A DNA stretch of 64,000 nucleotides from the human T2T-CHM13v2.0 reference genome, Homo sapiens, in the NCBI RefSeq assembly GCF_009914755.1, contig NC_060927.1. One strand, written 5' to 3'. Every line of letters begins with the position of its first letter. Position 1 is the first letter of the stretch. The position numbers and the translations under genes are program-made. The notes under the pieces are model-generated. The model made no database searches and was not told where the DNA came from. It was given only the letters and a program-made list of their open reading frames with translations. Below, piece after piece: positions 28,291-44,490 of the stretch.

Positions 28291-28890
28291 TCTTCATCAG
28301 CTTTAAGTGAGCGATTTCATTCAACTTATCAGACCGAATTGAATTACTTCTTTAAGTATTATATAGACAGAACCTAAGAATAACTAAATCCTCTTTATTA
28401 GGCATAGATTGATTTATATATAAACAACAATGGCAATTTACTGACATTAATTCATTTTAAACATTGGTAATACTAGGTTAAAGAATGGAAAGAGTGGTTC
28501 TCCAAATTTTATTGAAAATTCTCATGAAAAATTCACATCAGAAATAATTGCTCCTGTTCAATGCACATCATTTTGATGTGAAGTGTAATTGTCCTTCCCA
28601 GTACCTGTATGTTAGCTATTTGAAGAACAGTAGAGTGAAGTTAAAAATAATGTCACATTTTATCGTCTTGAGTCCTCTGCAGCTGTAACAGCTGACTAGC
28701 AAGGCTGAGATTTAATGACAAATGATGATGAATTATTTGGAATGATTATAAAAGTTAAAAGAAAGTGTTCTTAGAGAATAAAGGCATGTGTATGTGTATA
28801 GACTTACATATTCCCATTGCTTGACAGTTTTGGATTCTAGAACAGGTTTGTGCACTGGAATTCTCTGCTGACATTTTCAAGAGTCTCAAG

Positions 28891-29088
28891 CTGTGCTGTC
28901 CAATATAGTCGTAGCCCCTAGCCCTATGTGGCTGTTTACTTTGAATTGATTAAATTGTAATAACATTAAATTTCCATTCCTCAGTTGTTTCAAGTGCTCA
29001 GAAGCCTCATGTGGACGGTGGCTACTGTATTGGACAGTGCAGACATAGAACATTTTTCCCCATGACAGGGTTCAAATGGACAGTGCTG
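28891..29088. mobile_element. MER3 hAT-Charlie MITE
   Basis: ctgtgctgtccaatat...gtggctactgtattggacagtgcagacatagaacattt...tggacagtgctg. Confidence 0.85.
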
Positions 29089-30729
29089 GTTGAGGTAGGA
29101 ATGGGAGAGGGTATGAGGGAAGAAAATGTCTCTCAGAATGGGGAAAAATAACGTGGCTGACAGAATGGTTGTTGTTTAAACACTGGAGATGGAGGAATAA
29201 TTATTAACAAGTAAAGTATCATTTTCATTCTGTGGACAAGGAGACTACTGTACAAAAGGTAATAAGTTGCCATGATAATGTGCTTCTTCCCATCTGCAAT
29301 GAGTCAGCCTGAAAGGTCCTGGTGTGAGTGAGGCAAACCACCTGGGATTGTTGTGATTAGAGAGAAATTCACTTCAGCAGGAAGCTGGGCATCCAAAATG
29401 CCAAGATTAAAGACAACGATAAACAAAAAAAAGAAAAAGAAGCTCCTACAGTTTCGGCCAACAGCCCTAATCATAAATTCTTTTAAAATGCAATTCACCG
29501 AAAGAGATCTCTGATAACAATAAGCTGCAAGCACTCATCTTGCTACCACCCTTCTGTCAAGCATGGATGAATATTTATATCAGGTTATTTTAATCATGTT
29601 TTTCTTGATGTGACATAATTCTACATAATTTATTTTCCCTTCTCGGGTGTTAAGAAAAGGTCTCTTTTTAATTTTTTTCCGCTCTGTCAAGTCAAAAACT
29701 TTTTCTATTTCTCTTCTGGCCCTGAGACAAAACAGGACACAGGATGACACAGAGAGGTGACTGCACTGGCGTGTGTTACCATTGAAAATCAATGCTCTTG
29801 TCCTTGGCACATTCTATGGAATGTAATGGTCTGGAACACTAAGCTCTGCAACAAGAAATGAGGAACCTGAGGGAATCTATGGAGTTGGAATGTCAGGTTA
29901 CAGCAAGTCTGTGTGGGTCTAACACACTTGAGTACGAGAGAGACTTCCAGGGCAGATGCACTGTCTGAGCTGGGCTCATGGTGGTGCTTCTAGCAGTGAA
30001 TTTTGAATTCAGTATAAATTCACCAATCTACTCTCATGGTGGGCGGAAGGTGGGAGAAATGATGGGAAGGGTAGGCTGCAGGGCAAAAAGAGACCAAGCT
30101 GAAAAGAGACAGGAATCAAGATGGATAGAGACATAACATAATCAGATGCCCAAAGAGACAGGGACAGACATACAGACAAACTGAGAAAGGCATCAACAGA
30201 GAGAAAACAAAACTATTCCTGATTTCTTGTTTATTTCCTTTTTCTGAACCCTCAGTAAATCTCTGTCCAATAGAGATTTTTCAGTGTATTCAACATTTAT
30301 GTTTACTCTAAGTAAGAACTAGGAAATTCTGTATAATGAACAAAATTCAAAACCAAAAATAGGATGATATTTTTAAGAAAGACATCTATTTAGCTTTAAG
30401 AGGAATTGATACAATTGGAAAGATATTAAAAAACACCAGCACAGAAATCACTAGTCTATCGCAAATGCAGTTTTTCTCCCATTCCAGAAACACAAGCTCT
30501 CCATTTTAGTTATGCTCTAACAAGCTTTTTGCAAAAAACTAATGCTCTTCAGAAGCGAAACAAGAGCAATTTCAGGACCTGGCACTCTCCTCCTTTAACT
30601 GTCATTATGAAATGACTAAAAATCAAATGAAGCAAAGCAACATTTGCCGGTCTTTTCTAAGCATGGATTAATTATTGCCAAAGGAATGTGCTTGCTTTTC
30701 CTTTTGTCAGTTGTTAGTTTTGACCCTTC

Positions 30730-30770
30730 TTGTGTGTGTATTTTGTGTGTGTATGTGTGTGTGTGTGTGT
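30730..30770. repeat. Interrupted (TG)n
   Basis: Visible dinucleotide run. Confidence 0.9.
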
Positions 30771-31929
30771 TTTTTTAACTTTTTACTGAAGGTATAAATA
30801 GAGAATTCGGGAGCATTATGCAAAAGTTGAGCTCAGTCAGGATTATAGGAATTTCTACTGTTTACCCAGAGGCATTGAAATGTTTGGATAAAATGAGGTA
30901 TCGAAGATATGGGTGTGGGTGAAGTGTTGGAGGTGTTCCAGTTTGGATCGAAGTACCATCTATTGCATACTTTTAGGGCTGGGATGCTATTAGAGAAGTC
31001 TAGGATATCTGGAAGTGGTTTTCAGGAACCACACCTTTTCACCCTAAAGAATATCTTTTCTTCTGTACTTATATGAAGTTTATTACATTCCCACTATTAA
31101 CTACATATTGTAATCTTCTGATTCCACTGAAAATAATGCATCACACTGTGTAAGAACAAAGATGCAAATAAAACCTATCTAAAATGTCCAACTTCACAGT
31201 GCTGCGATATTTGCATTTTATAGAAAACATTTTAAAATCATTTTAGTAAGTGGAATCCATTTTCCTCCATGAACTGTTAAAACTGAATTCTTAATAGCTT
31301 CCCTAGGGTTTTGTGTCTTGCTATGAAGCCTTCAGTGATTTCATCATTGTTAAGGCACAGTAAACAATCACAGTTTATGCTCATAAGCATAAAACTTTCA
31401 ATCTATTACTCATCCTAGTTTTTATATTTCAAAGATACAAAACTTATTTTTTATGCAATCTGAGTGTGAGACAATGCTAAATCGGTTTATAAGCCTGGCA
31501 AATATTGGTATAAACATTTCTAAAATGCTTTAATGTATAATATCAGCATTTTGAAGTCTTACAGAGATAATTATGCTTCTAAATTTCTGTTTTTTTTTAA
31601 ATGACACTGTTCTTTTCCTTTGTTGGAGTTAGTATTCATTTTTATTTCTGATTCTTATTCTTTGTTTATAAAAAGACCATGTCAAGTTCACCCTCTTATA
31701 AGTGACTCCTCAAAATTTTGAATTTTCAGCTTTGGTTCCTAAAATCTATAAAAATATATTATAGGTTTATTTTTAAGCCTAGTACAAACATAAAGTTATC
31801 AAATAAATAACTATAATACACAAATCCATTTTTTTTACAACGGTAAAATGTATTTGTACTGTATACAAAAAAAGGAAACTGTGGATATATACAGAAAATA
31901 AAATTAATCTATTATTTTAGTCTCTTAAA

Positions 31930-33730
<1,801 letters not shown>

Positions 33731-33939
33731 TTATTCAATTGATACTTGTTGAGTCTCATCTACATATCGTGTATAGTGCTGAATGGTCAAATTCCATTAT
33801 CAGGGAATTTGAAACCTAGTCAGACAGCCAAATATTAAAGAATCATCTCAAGAATGACTCAAGGTATTTTTTCTTGGCACTTTTTATGCAATTCTTTTTG
33901 GTAAGTATTTCATGGATTTAAAAAAATAATAATGGGCAT

Positions 33940-33943
<4 letters not shown>

Positions 33944-33985
<42 letters not shown>
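33944..33985. repeat. (GT)21 microsatellite
   Basis: Perfect run. Confidence 0.98.
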
Positions 33986-33989
<4 letters not shown>

Positions 33990-33999
33990 TATATACATT

Positions 34000-34155
34000 C
34001 TAGGGGGAGTTACAGACCTTTTCTGAGGATCTGATGGAAGTACCATGTTCCCAGAAAAGTTCACAGTCACACACACATGCAAATAATAATTTGTATAGAG
34101 CTCAAAGATTTCTCAATACTCAAAAAACCAACCCATACATTTTAGCTTAAACAAT
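34000..34155. mobile_element. hAT-Charlie MITE (Charlie4z-like)
   Basis: gttacagacct...tctgaggatctgatggaag...cccagaaaagttcacagtcacacacac. Confidence 0.55.
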
Positions 34156-34240
34156 ATTTTTCTGTCACTATTTTCTTTTTGTCTCCTTGATCTAGAAATA
34201 TCTGAAAACGTTTAATGTGTGCATAATTTTTTTTTCATCT

Positions 34241-34537
34241 TGTCTTCTTCCATTTGGGCTGTGCTAACAAAATACCATTGCTAAGGCAGCTTATGAACAA
34301 CAGAAATTTATTTCTCATAGTGCTGGAAGCTGAAAGTCCAAGATCAAGATGCCCATAGATTCAGTGTTTGATGAGGATTTGTTTTCTGATTCATCAATGA
34401 TGCCTTTTTCACTGTGTCCTCATGCGGTAGAATGGGCTAAGTTAGCTCTCTGCCATCATAAAGGCCACTAACCCCTCATGATCTAATCACCTCTCAAAGG
34501 CTTAACCTCCTAACATCACCACCTTGGGGGTTAGGAA
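34241..34537 (-). mobile_element. MLT1A0-type MaLR LTR
   Basis: aacaacagaaatttatttctcatagtgctggaagctgaaagtccaagatcaag...ctcatgatctaatcacctc. Confidence 0.88.
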
Positions 34538-35029
34538 TCTTTTAACTCTTCTTAAAAGAAGTTAAAAAGATGTATCTCTTAAAAGTCTTAAAAAGATGTA
34601 TCTCTTATTTGATTTTTTTATCAACTCAAATCATGAGAATTTTAGATGATACTACTATTTGATTCAGAGTTGTCATGAAGATTAAGGGATAAAAAACCTT
34701 TACATTATGTACATTAGCATATAGCATAATTTCAGACATATATTAAGAACTACTAAATATTTAATATTATTATCATTATCACTACTTATTTAATATGAGT
34801 TTAAACAATTCACGGTGACTCACATAATGAATCTATGGTCTTATTTTTGTCATCTTATTTTGAGTATTTTTTTCACATTTTCTATATTTTGCTATGCTCT
34901 AATTTCTTGCATAGTATGTGACTTGATGTTCTTTTTCTGTGATGAACCAGTACATATTTTGTTTTTAATTCTACTTAGTGGTTATCTTTACAACTTTCAA
35001 AACTAATCACTTAAAATGTAAAATATTAC

Positions 35030-36480
35030 TAACATATGGAAAACTACAGAAAGTACTATAACTGACAACAGACACCAATATTGCAGTCAGATTTAATAGA
35101 TGTTAACATTTTGCTCTACTTGTTTTGTATCCTTCTCTTAAACACACAAACCATTACATATAGAGCCAAAGGCCAGCTCCAGGCTCCCCAGGGAGAAACA
35201 CTATCCTGAAGTTGATGCGTATTTGTCCCATGCACGTTTTCAGCCTTTCATTATAAGAATCTGTATTCCTCTAATTATCAAGTTAATAATTAAATAGTGT
35301 TCTTGAAACACCCTATTGTAAAATTAGGAGTTTAGCAATTTTGTACTGCACTACTCTATTTCTTAATTTTGTTTCATCTCTTAATCAGTTGTTGTACATT
35401 TTAAAGTAATTTAAAAATGACATATAGATATTATATTTCTACACTATTGAATAGCTGAGAAGTTTTTAAAAATCTTCGGAAGAGAAAAAAGAGTTAATAA
35501 ACATATCTCAGAATGTTATTCCCAGCTAGATATATTGCAGACATTGTGTCATTGGCCATTGGCCCTTAGTATTGCAGAGAAGGCAATCAGCAATCAGCAT
35601 CCCTCCTATCTGCCCATTTCTATAATTTATTTTTTCTTACTTTTGCAACTTTCAAATATGTTCAGTGTATTTCTAGACAAGAATATCTTTCTATTGATTC
35701 TTCTGTATTATAGAACTCCCTTTTGATCTGTTTTCTCATGTCAACCTTAAGCTCCAATTATGTCTATAATCATTGCTTCAATTCAAAATTTTCAGTTTCT
35801 TCCTGATGAACACGTGTAGTTACTAGCCTAGGTAAGGGAGAGTACTTACATATTTTAAGTAGGAAAGTTTTCAATATCACACCTGTTTGGTGACACTGAG
35901 ATCCTGATTTGCCTATGAGAAAGACACTTACTTATGCATCCAACAGAGAAATATCTATTGTTCTCTTTATCTGAGAATGTTTTATTTTGTCTAAAAAGTT
36001 CTTCAAACCAGCAATATATGCATGGCCCATGCTTGTCGATATTTTCAAGTGGTCCAGTCAGCAACAGCTGTAAGTCTGAGTGGAAGAGGAGATTGCAGGT
36101 GAGATGTGACCACGGGGTGTTGAGAATGGCCCCTGTGCTCCTAATCTTTTCCAAGTCTGTACCCATAATTCCACCTGACAGTCTCCATCCAGCAAGTTTA
36201 AATTACTCAGCCTTATATCACACTGTCTTTCTGAGAAAACGCAGTTTTAATCATCATAAACTTGTCCTTTGTTCATATCACCTTTTATGTTTAATTGGTC
36301 CTTCCATTACCTCTCTAGCAAATGCCTTGAACTTCATCAAGACAAAATTTTCATTGTGAAAATCCAGAGTGATTTTTCCAATAGGTGGTCTCTACTGTCT
36401 AATCATTAAACATATCCCAGGTAATATTTGCATCCTCTAACCTACACCTGAGCCACAGACCATAGTTGGGATAGGTCTAG
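35030..36480 (-). mobile_element. Old L1M/HAL1-like fragments
   Basis: Weak L1-like text (cactatcctgaagttgatgcgtatttgtcccatgca); boundaries uncertain. Confidence 0.4.
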
Positions 36481-36739
36481 ATCACTGAAAGCTGATTTTT
36501 AAAACCTTAACGCTGTCTTTGCTTACTGTGTCAATTATCCATCCCATTCATACTCAGTTCACAGCATACAGTGCGCAAGTAAACTTTCGGCAATGTATTG
36601 CCCCTTATCTCCTTGGTCATTGGCAAGTCATCCTTCGTCAAATATGGAATTAACTCCACATTTGTGCTCTTACTTTATTTTCCCTGCCCTCTTACCCAAA
36701 GTGTTCACCAACTCCAAAATCCATTTTCTTAAACCACTT

Positions 36740-37063
36740 TATTTGAGACGGGACCTCTAAGGAAGTAATTAAGGTTAAATTAGGACAAAAGGGTGGGGCT
36801 CTGACCTATGTAAAAAGAGACACCAGAGAGCTCGCCTTCCCCCTCCTTCCACATACACACACACAATTAAAAAAAGGCCTTGTTGGAATATTGTGAGAAA
36901 GTAGATGTTTACAATCAAGGAAGGGAGTCCTCACCAGAAACCAAGTCATTCTGCACCTCGATCGGGGACGTCAAGCCTCCAGAACTGTGAAAAAACAAAT
37001 TCCCTTTGTTTAAGCCACCCAGTCTATACTACCATGTTATGGCAGCCTGAGAGGACTGATATA
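36740..37063 (+). mobile_element. MLT1A-type MaLR LTR
   Basis: gaagtaattaaggttaaat...agagacaccagagagctc...gcctccagaactgtga...tttaagccacccagtcta. Confidence 0.88.
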
Positions 37064-39032
37064 GGTATATAAAGGTGCTGAAGAGAAAGTCTCTAAACGA
37101 TACCACGACTGGAAGAAGACGAAAGGGAAGGCTTGAACACTTCACTTGATGAGAAGTGGCACCATACAGCATAAACACTGAAGACAGCGCAGACATTCCC
37201 TGCTATTCTTTGCCTTCATCTAGGAAAGAATGGGCACCTTAACCACCTCTGGTTGGACTCAAGTGACTACTAGAATCACTGGGCAGGAGTCAGAAGGTGC
37301 TGTGTTCATTACCCTGAAAATGTTTGTCCCCCTTGCCTTGATATGGTGGGGCTCTGTTATTATTCACATATTATTTCCTCAATTTTGACTTAGAGATAAA
37401 GAATGGGACAGATAATGAGAGGACCTAGTATTGGGCTCCTGTTGAGCAGGACTCAAAGTTAAGACTTTAAGAAGGAGGTGGTCATAATGTGAGTCATGTC
37501 ACTACAGATCCAAAGTTTACACCATGTCTAAAGTAGTGATGCATTTACCAATATAAAAGTGCACAGAAAAAGACTAAAAGGAAATCTTCTAGCACATTAA
37601 CTGAGTTAAGCTAAGGATGTTCAGCTGAAAGGCTGTTTTCTAGCTGCTTTGCTCTGGAGTATTTCTTGTATTATTTTATAATCAGGAAACAGGCAAAACC
37701 AAAATGACATGTGCATATTTAAAATTTTAATATTATGAGCTAGTATCTCTACATCCTAACTTCTACTGCTGCATGAGTTTACTTTCTTCCCTGCATCTTT
37801 GCAGTTTTTTGACATTGTAAACTCATGTGTCTTGCATACCAAATGCATTTGTGTCATCAACTGTGAGGCAGTCTATGTTTGAGTAAGATTTTCATATTTT
37901 CATTTAATAATACACATTATTTCACAAACTCTGTTTTCTGCTTCTACCATCTTACTGAGGAAATCTGTTAGAACGAAAGCTCTGCTTTTCTAAGAACATT
38001 CCCTGTTTTGAATCAAGGATGATTTGCATTCTTAACACGGCAAGAGTTTGTGGGAAATTCTGTGCATCCTTATCTTAAAAAGATCTCCATCTCCACAGGC
38101 AGAATGTTGAATATTTAGCATTTGCTATTAGAGAGAGGATTGCTATTTATATTTGTAATGTAAGAAGTTGACTGCTTGTTAGTGTGCACTCCACTACTTC
38201 ACTGACTTAGTTACTGTTATTGTTTTAGTTGTCTTGGCAGTAACCTGGTTATTTTTTCAAAGAAGGAATCTATGAATATCAAACCAACAAGTAGTCTTCA
38301 AATAGAAGCCCAGCAATCTATTCCTGCCTCAGCAGCATGAGCTCTTGACCCCAGGAAGCAGGGTGTAGGAAGAGCCCGTGTACTTTAGGTTTCTTTAAAT
38401 GATAAGCAGTTAGCCTCTTCTAAATAGTAAACAGTACGGTTTGGTGGCCATCCTAATTGCCCCCACCCCCTCAAAATACAAAACATGAAAGAAAACTGGC
38501 AACTACTGATAATATAAGCTCTGCTGTCAAAAACAAAACTGCAAGCAACAGATTGAAGGCACAACCATGCAAAGATGCATCTCAAGAGGGATAATTAAAA
38601 CACATATGCACACCCAGAGAAAAATAGATTTTTTGTTTTCCCTGCCCCAAATCCTCTTGTATTTTCAACAAGTAATAAGACAGGAGAAAGTGGTTGTATG
38701 CTACAGTGCCTCTAAAATTGGCAATTAATAAGGATGCTGTTTTGACTGTCTTGAGATTTTCTTCCTGCCAAATGTTTAAATATATCATTCTGTTTACCTC
38801 TACCCACATTCTGTCTGCTTCAGGGAAGAGTTCTTTGTCCTTTTGACTTCGTTGACACCAGACATGCACAGGGGACCTTTCATAAATGAAAAGATTTGTC
38901 TCTGTGTGTACTTATCTTCATGGGTATAGAAACAGAGAGCTGAAACTGTGAGTCAGAGTGAGCTTTCCTTACAGATGGGTGCCCTGGGCATTGGTTGGAT
39001 TTCTGTTTAATCCTTAGTCCTTCATCTTTGAG

Positions 39033-39095
39033 GTGTGTGTGTGTGTGTGCGTGTGTGTGTGTGTGTGTCAGAGACAGAGAGAGACAGAGATAGAG
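39033..39095. repeat. (TG)n followed by (GA)-rich repeat
   Basis: Visible run. Confidence 0.9.
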
Positions 39096-39524
39096 AAACA
39101 AAACCTGAAAATCATAATCCTCCATTGTCTTGCTCTTGTCCTCATTTATTAGGATATGCCTGTAGATGGGGAGTAGCATTGCCATCCCTACAAAAAGAGG
39201 CTTGTAAGTAGATCAAGAAAGACTAAAATCCAGAAGTGCCAGCATTTTTCTTGCCTCTCAGTTACATTACATTCAGAGCCTGGGATTTTGATTGCTGACA
39301 ATAAGAACACATCCATCCAGGTACACTTAGTCTCTCTCTAAGAGCTGAAAGGGGATGCAGATAAAGTGACGATGGTGGAAACGTGGAAGGTTGGATGAGG
39401 GCTCGGCATTCCCATTTGGAGGAAATTTTTAAGACTTCTGCCAGGTGTAGCTCTCTTCATTATCCAGATCACCCTAGAGAAGTCTAAAGACGGCATTAAT
39501 CCAAATTTAAGGTCTTTTAAAAAC

Positions 39525-39660
39525 CGATTTATTCCTTCAATAAATATTTATTGGACACTCACAACGTGCAAAGCATTCTGGAAGACAGAAAATGCATAAT
39601 ATAGTCTTTTCTCTCAAGCCGCTTATGATTGCATAGGGGAGGATAATATATATATGCAAA
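39525..39660 (-). mobile_element. L2 3' end fragment
   Basis: attccttcaataaatatttattggacactcacaacgtgcaaagcattctg. Confidence 0.7.
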
Positions 39661-39674
39661 TAACTATATTATTT

Positions 39675-39990
39675 TATTCAGGACTCTTTCAGTTGCAAAC
39701 GACAGAATCGAAACGCAAAGTCACTTAAACAGAAAATAAATTTATTGGTTCATGTAACTGAAAAGGCTGTGAATATATCTTCAGGCACAGCTCAATTCAG
39801 GGGCTCATTTGATATAATTACTTCTCTCTATCTCTGTCTCTGTCTTTCTGTCTCTCTCTCTCTCTCTCACTCTCTCTCTCCTTTCTCTCTTTTTTCCCTC
39901 TTCCACTTTATTTTTGGGGTTTTAGAGCCTTTGGATCAACCACTGTGGACAGGGATAACATGATTGTTCAGTAATGGTCAAGTAACCTGA
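39675..39990 (-). mobile_element. Old MaLR LTR (MLT1K/L-like) with internal (CT)n
   Basis: tcaggactctttcagttgcaaacgacagaa...atttattggttcatgtaactgaaaag...ttcaggcacagctcaattcaggggctca. Confidence 0.7.
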
Positions 39991-40867
39991 GCACCTAAAA
40001 TAGCTGTGGACTTCACCAAGTGTTTATTAAACATTTACTAAATATGTAAAATATTTTCAATAGCTTGGAATGATATAAAATGAATTACAAAGATTTTTAC
40101 CCAAAGTTAGGTAACATGAATTTTAGCAAACCCAGTGACAAAACAAACAAAAAATCTTTAGTGAACACCACTCTGCAGTTCTCAATCATAACAGAAAATG
40201 GGAAAGTATAAGATTCCAGAGATAGAAGCATTGGAAAACATGGAAATACAAACATATGAAGAACTGAAGTGCCTGACAGTAGGGTCCACAATTGGGTAGC
40301 CAAACAAATGAGGACAGAAGGAAGCTCATGGACTGTGAGAATGGGAAAATTGTCAGGGGAGTAGAGGTTATGGGAAAAAATCAGAGCAGATTGAATAGGA
40401 GTGAGAAAGTGAAGTTAAAGTGATTGTGAGCCCTGAAGTGGGATGAGTCTGAGGCAGGTCTTTAAGTGTGGCTGTGTTGCTAGGCGACTGAAATGGAGAA
40501 GGACTGAAGGTCACTGGAGCTGAGGGGACTGAGGCACTAAAAGGTCAAGGTTTGTGATGAATCTTGAACTTGCAACTGTAAAGTCTTAAAGTCATACAGA
40601 CAAAGCCCATTCTAATGAGGAGGGAGTTGGAGTGAGCTGAAGATGGACAGAATTATCCCTGGAAGTGAGCCCTCTCTGGAGTGGTGTGCTTTGTTCACTG
40701 CCATTTGTAAACTGCACTAACAGGACCATCTGAGCCTGCCCTGGCCAGACAGATCACAAGATTCCTAGCCAGACAGAAGATGTGGAAAGGATAATCAAAG
40801 ATTGTCTGGTGTACTGGAAGGCTGTCGATGAGTAGGTGGCTTTATAGTGTATTGCTCTGTGTTTTGA

Positions 40868-41208
<341 letters not shown>

Positions 41209-42070
41209 TGATAGCAGAAACTTTTTCCCACAGTCCAGAGACAGCCCTATGAGGTGCCCCAAAGCTGGAGGTAATTTCCTGAATTATGATATCCTGGGAA
41301 AAGTTAGTCTCTATTTAAATAATAATAACCCACCTCTTCCCTCACTCCCACCACTTTCTAAACATTTACATTTTCAATTTGTGTCAAAAATTTTCTTGGT
41401 ACATGATTTTTCATTATTCATTCACTCAATGATATAGCTATTTTTCTTTTGTCTAAACCTTTCCATTAGAATGTAAGCTTCATGTAGTCAGAAATCTTGT
41501 CCAGTTTGTTTAATTTTCCCAGTCCTATGATCTGTGTTTCAAAAGAGAAGCTGAATACACACACACACTCACGCACACAGAATTTTCTGTTAAACTTTTT
41601 TTGTACAAAAGGATAAAAAACAAAGTCAGTCCAATACCAGATAACATTCCTTCTTTTCTGCCAAGTTGTTTGCTTTAGTAGTATTTCAAGGATATAAAAA
41701 TGCAAAATAGTAAGGAAGTAAATGTATGGTTTATCCCATTGTCTTATCACACCTGTAATTATTTCTGTTTCAGTACCTCTTACTTTTTTGCCTAAAGGAA
41801 ATATAGTTAATCCTCTTTCTTTTTCTCTCCACCGCTCCCCACTTCTCTTTTCCTTACCCCATCTCATGCACACACACTCATAAACCACATATTCCTTCTT
41901 AAACCTATTTGCCAGACCTATGATTTCCATGTGAGTACTCTAATTTACCCTCTCATGTACATACTTCCTCTGATATGCATCATTAATAGGAATAATGAAA
42001 TTTCTAAATTCAGTATTGCTCTGGCTGTATATTTATAATCATCATCACATTATTAAAATAATTAAAACAA

Positions 42071-42398
<328 letters not shown>

Positions 42399-42409
42399 TT
42401 AAAACAAAA

Positions 42410-42615
42410 TGCTCAGCTGCTTGCAGTGTAGTGCTTATGAGGTCAAGGTAGTTGGTTCACTCTCTGGGTAGGCCAACTGGTATTCAAAGAGGGAGAAAAT
42501 GGTTTTCTGGCTATGGACTGCACCCTTAACCTCAGCCAGCCATCTTACAAAGGCACAGCATTGGTTACAAGCAGACTGGGTTGAGAGAAAGAGAATGGGT
42601 GTAAGCAAATCCACA
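42410..42615 (+). mobile_element. MamSINE1-like tRNA-derived SINE
   Basis: tRNA-like head gtgcttatgaggtcaaggtagttggttc; body gactgcacccttaacctcagccagccatct...ttggttacaag...gcaaatcca. Confidence 0.7.
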
Positions 42616-42959
42616 ATTGAGGTAGGATTAAGGCCACTCTCCAAATGAGTCCAGTTATTTTTGACCCATAGTGAAGAAGGCAAGTTTAGCCAGCAAGTGC
42701 CTAGTAAATGTATTTCAAGAATATAAGAGAAAATCAGAAGAATTAGTCAAAGGTAAGGATAAATATTAGATAATAGGTACAATTTTGGGATGGCAGTACC
42801 AAGAATTGTGCTAACCTCTTTAATAACATTTGTTCATTTGAAGGCCTCTTCATACATCTGTACAGGTAATACACTGCAAAACTTTAGATGGAGCCTTTTA
42901 GTTGTACTATGATGGAAATGTGCTACATAGGGTCATTGACTAGTTAATCAGTTCTATGA

Positions 42960-43080
42960 CGTAATCACTACTATCTACCATCCCGCTGTACATATAAGGA
43001 AACCAAGACTAATAGTGGATAAGTAATTTGCCCAAGTCACACAGTTAACAAGTGGTAAAGACAGAATTTAGAGCTATTAA
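42960..43080 (-). mobile_element. MIR fragment
   Basis: aagtaatttgcccaagtcacacagttaacaagtggtaaagacagaatt. Confidence 0.75.
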
Positions 43081-43448
43081 GGAAATCTTTAGAATGGGGA
43101 AACAATTTTTTTTTTTTTTTTTTTACTTTTCTGGCAGGATAATGTAATGAAATCTGGAGAAACTCTCTGAGACCAAAAAAGAAAATATTTTCATTACATT
43201 CAGGAAAGTCTGTGGGGAAAATAAAGACGGTGCAGGATCACAGGAGATAACTAAAAGAGTCCAGAATGAAAGACAGAATGAAAAAGCACGGATCTCGTCA
43301 GTAACATTAATTAATATCCTTATCATAAAATATTCTCCTTAGTGGAACACTTTAGTAAGAAATAGGTGTTAGGACTCATCCTTCACCATTTTCTAGGCCT
43401 GGGATTATTCTATCCTTTACTTACAATAGAGACACTAAACAGACTATT

Positions 43449-43856
43449 TGATGTAGTTTGGATGTTGTCCCCTCTAAATCTTATGTTGAATTATAATCCC
43501 CAATGTTGGATGTGGGGGCCTGGAGGGAGGTGACTGAACATTGAAGCATATCTCTCATGCATGGCTTAGCACCATGCTCTTGGTGATGAGTGAATTCATG
43601 CGAGATTTGGTTGTTTAAAAGTGTGTGGCACCTCTTCCCCTCCCTGTGCTTCAGCTCTTGCCATGTCATACGCTGGCTCCCTCTTCACCTTCCACCATGA
43701 TTGTAAACTTCCTGAGGCTTTCCCGGAAGCTGAGTAGATGCCAGCACCATGCTTCCCTTAAAGCCTGCAGAACCATGAGTCAATTAAACCTCTTCTCGAA
43801 ATACATTAACCAATCTCCGTTATTTCTTTATAGCAATGCAAGAACAGCCTAACACA
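43449..43856 (+). mobile_element. MSTB-type MaLR solo LTR
   Basis: tgatgtagtttggatgttgtcccctc...tttatagcaatgcaagaacagcctaacaca; TSD ctatt/atatt. Confidence 0.92.
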
Positions 43857-43879
43857 ATATTCTTATGTTTTTCATGTTT

Positions 43880-44010
43880 CTCCATAGGGGTGTGCATAAG
43901 GGGTGCTTTAAAATGCAGATTACTGAGCCCTACCTTAGGCTTAGGCTACTCCATCTCAATTTTCCCAGAAGATTCTTAAGTACATCAAAGTTTGGGAAAC
44001 ACTGCTCTAG
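43880..44010. mobile_element. MER5-type fragment
   Basis: ttaaaatgcagattactgagccctacc...aaagtttgggaaacactgctctag. Confidence 0.65.
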
Positions 44011-44239
44011 AAGATGGGTGGAGTGATAAAACATACTCAACTCCTAAAGCCCACAGATAGGCAGAGGGCTTGGGATTAGATTAAGAGAGAAATTCCAAAA
44101 GGAAAATGAGGCATCGGATTAACCATAAACACTAAGTCTCCTTCGTGGTGAATCTTATTTTATATGGATGACCAACTAAATCATCATTAGACTTGGAGCC
44201 CCAATAACATAACCTATGTTAGGAGAGAAGCAGCAACAT

Positions 44240-44490
44240 TTGACAGTGTAGAACTAGAGACTTGAAGTAAGAATAACCCAGATTCAAATCTCTGCTCTTC
44301 CACTTACCAGCTGAGCAACCCTAGGCAAACAGTACACTTTTTCTAGTCTCAGTTTCCTTACTCATAATATGGGGATAAAAATACTCTCTTGCTAATTATT
44401 AAGATAAAATGCCATGATTTATGTAAAGTCCCTACTATAAGGTGAGTTCTCACTGATGATAAATGTCATTGTGCTTATTGCTATTGTTAG
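44240..44490 (+). mobile_element. MIR SINE
   Basis: gattcaaatctctgctcttccacttaccagctgagcaaccctaggcaa...tctcagtttcctt. Confidence 0.85.

Noticed and set aside
29830-30320. Possible old LTR (GA-rich middle, agtaaa near the end)
   Set aside because: Could not match it to a family with confidence.
33777-33907. Strong donor ttg|gtaagt
   Set aside because: No convincing upstream polypyrimidine acceptor; isolated donors are common.
34550-34610. 20 bp direct repeat ttaaaaagatgtatctctta
   Set aside because: Small slippage or repair duplication at the edge of an MLT1 LTR; no sign of function.
37700-39500. Repeat-poor block with isolated motifs such as gtgggaaa
   Set aside because: Single short motifs are expected by chance, and conservation cannot be judged from one sequence.
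42410-42480. tRNA-like sequence
   Set aside because: Degenerate SINE head with no intact cloverleaf.
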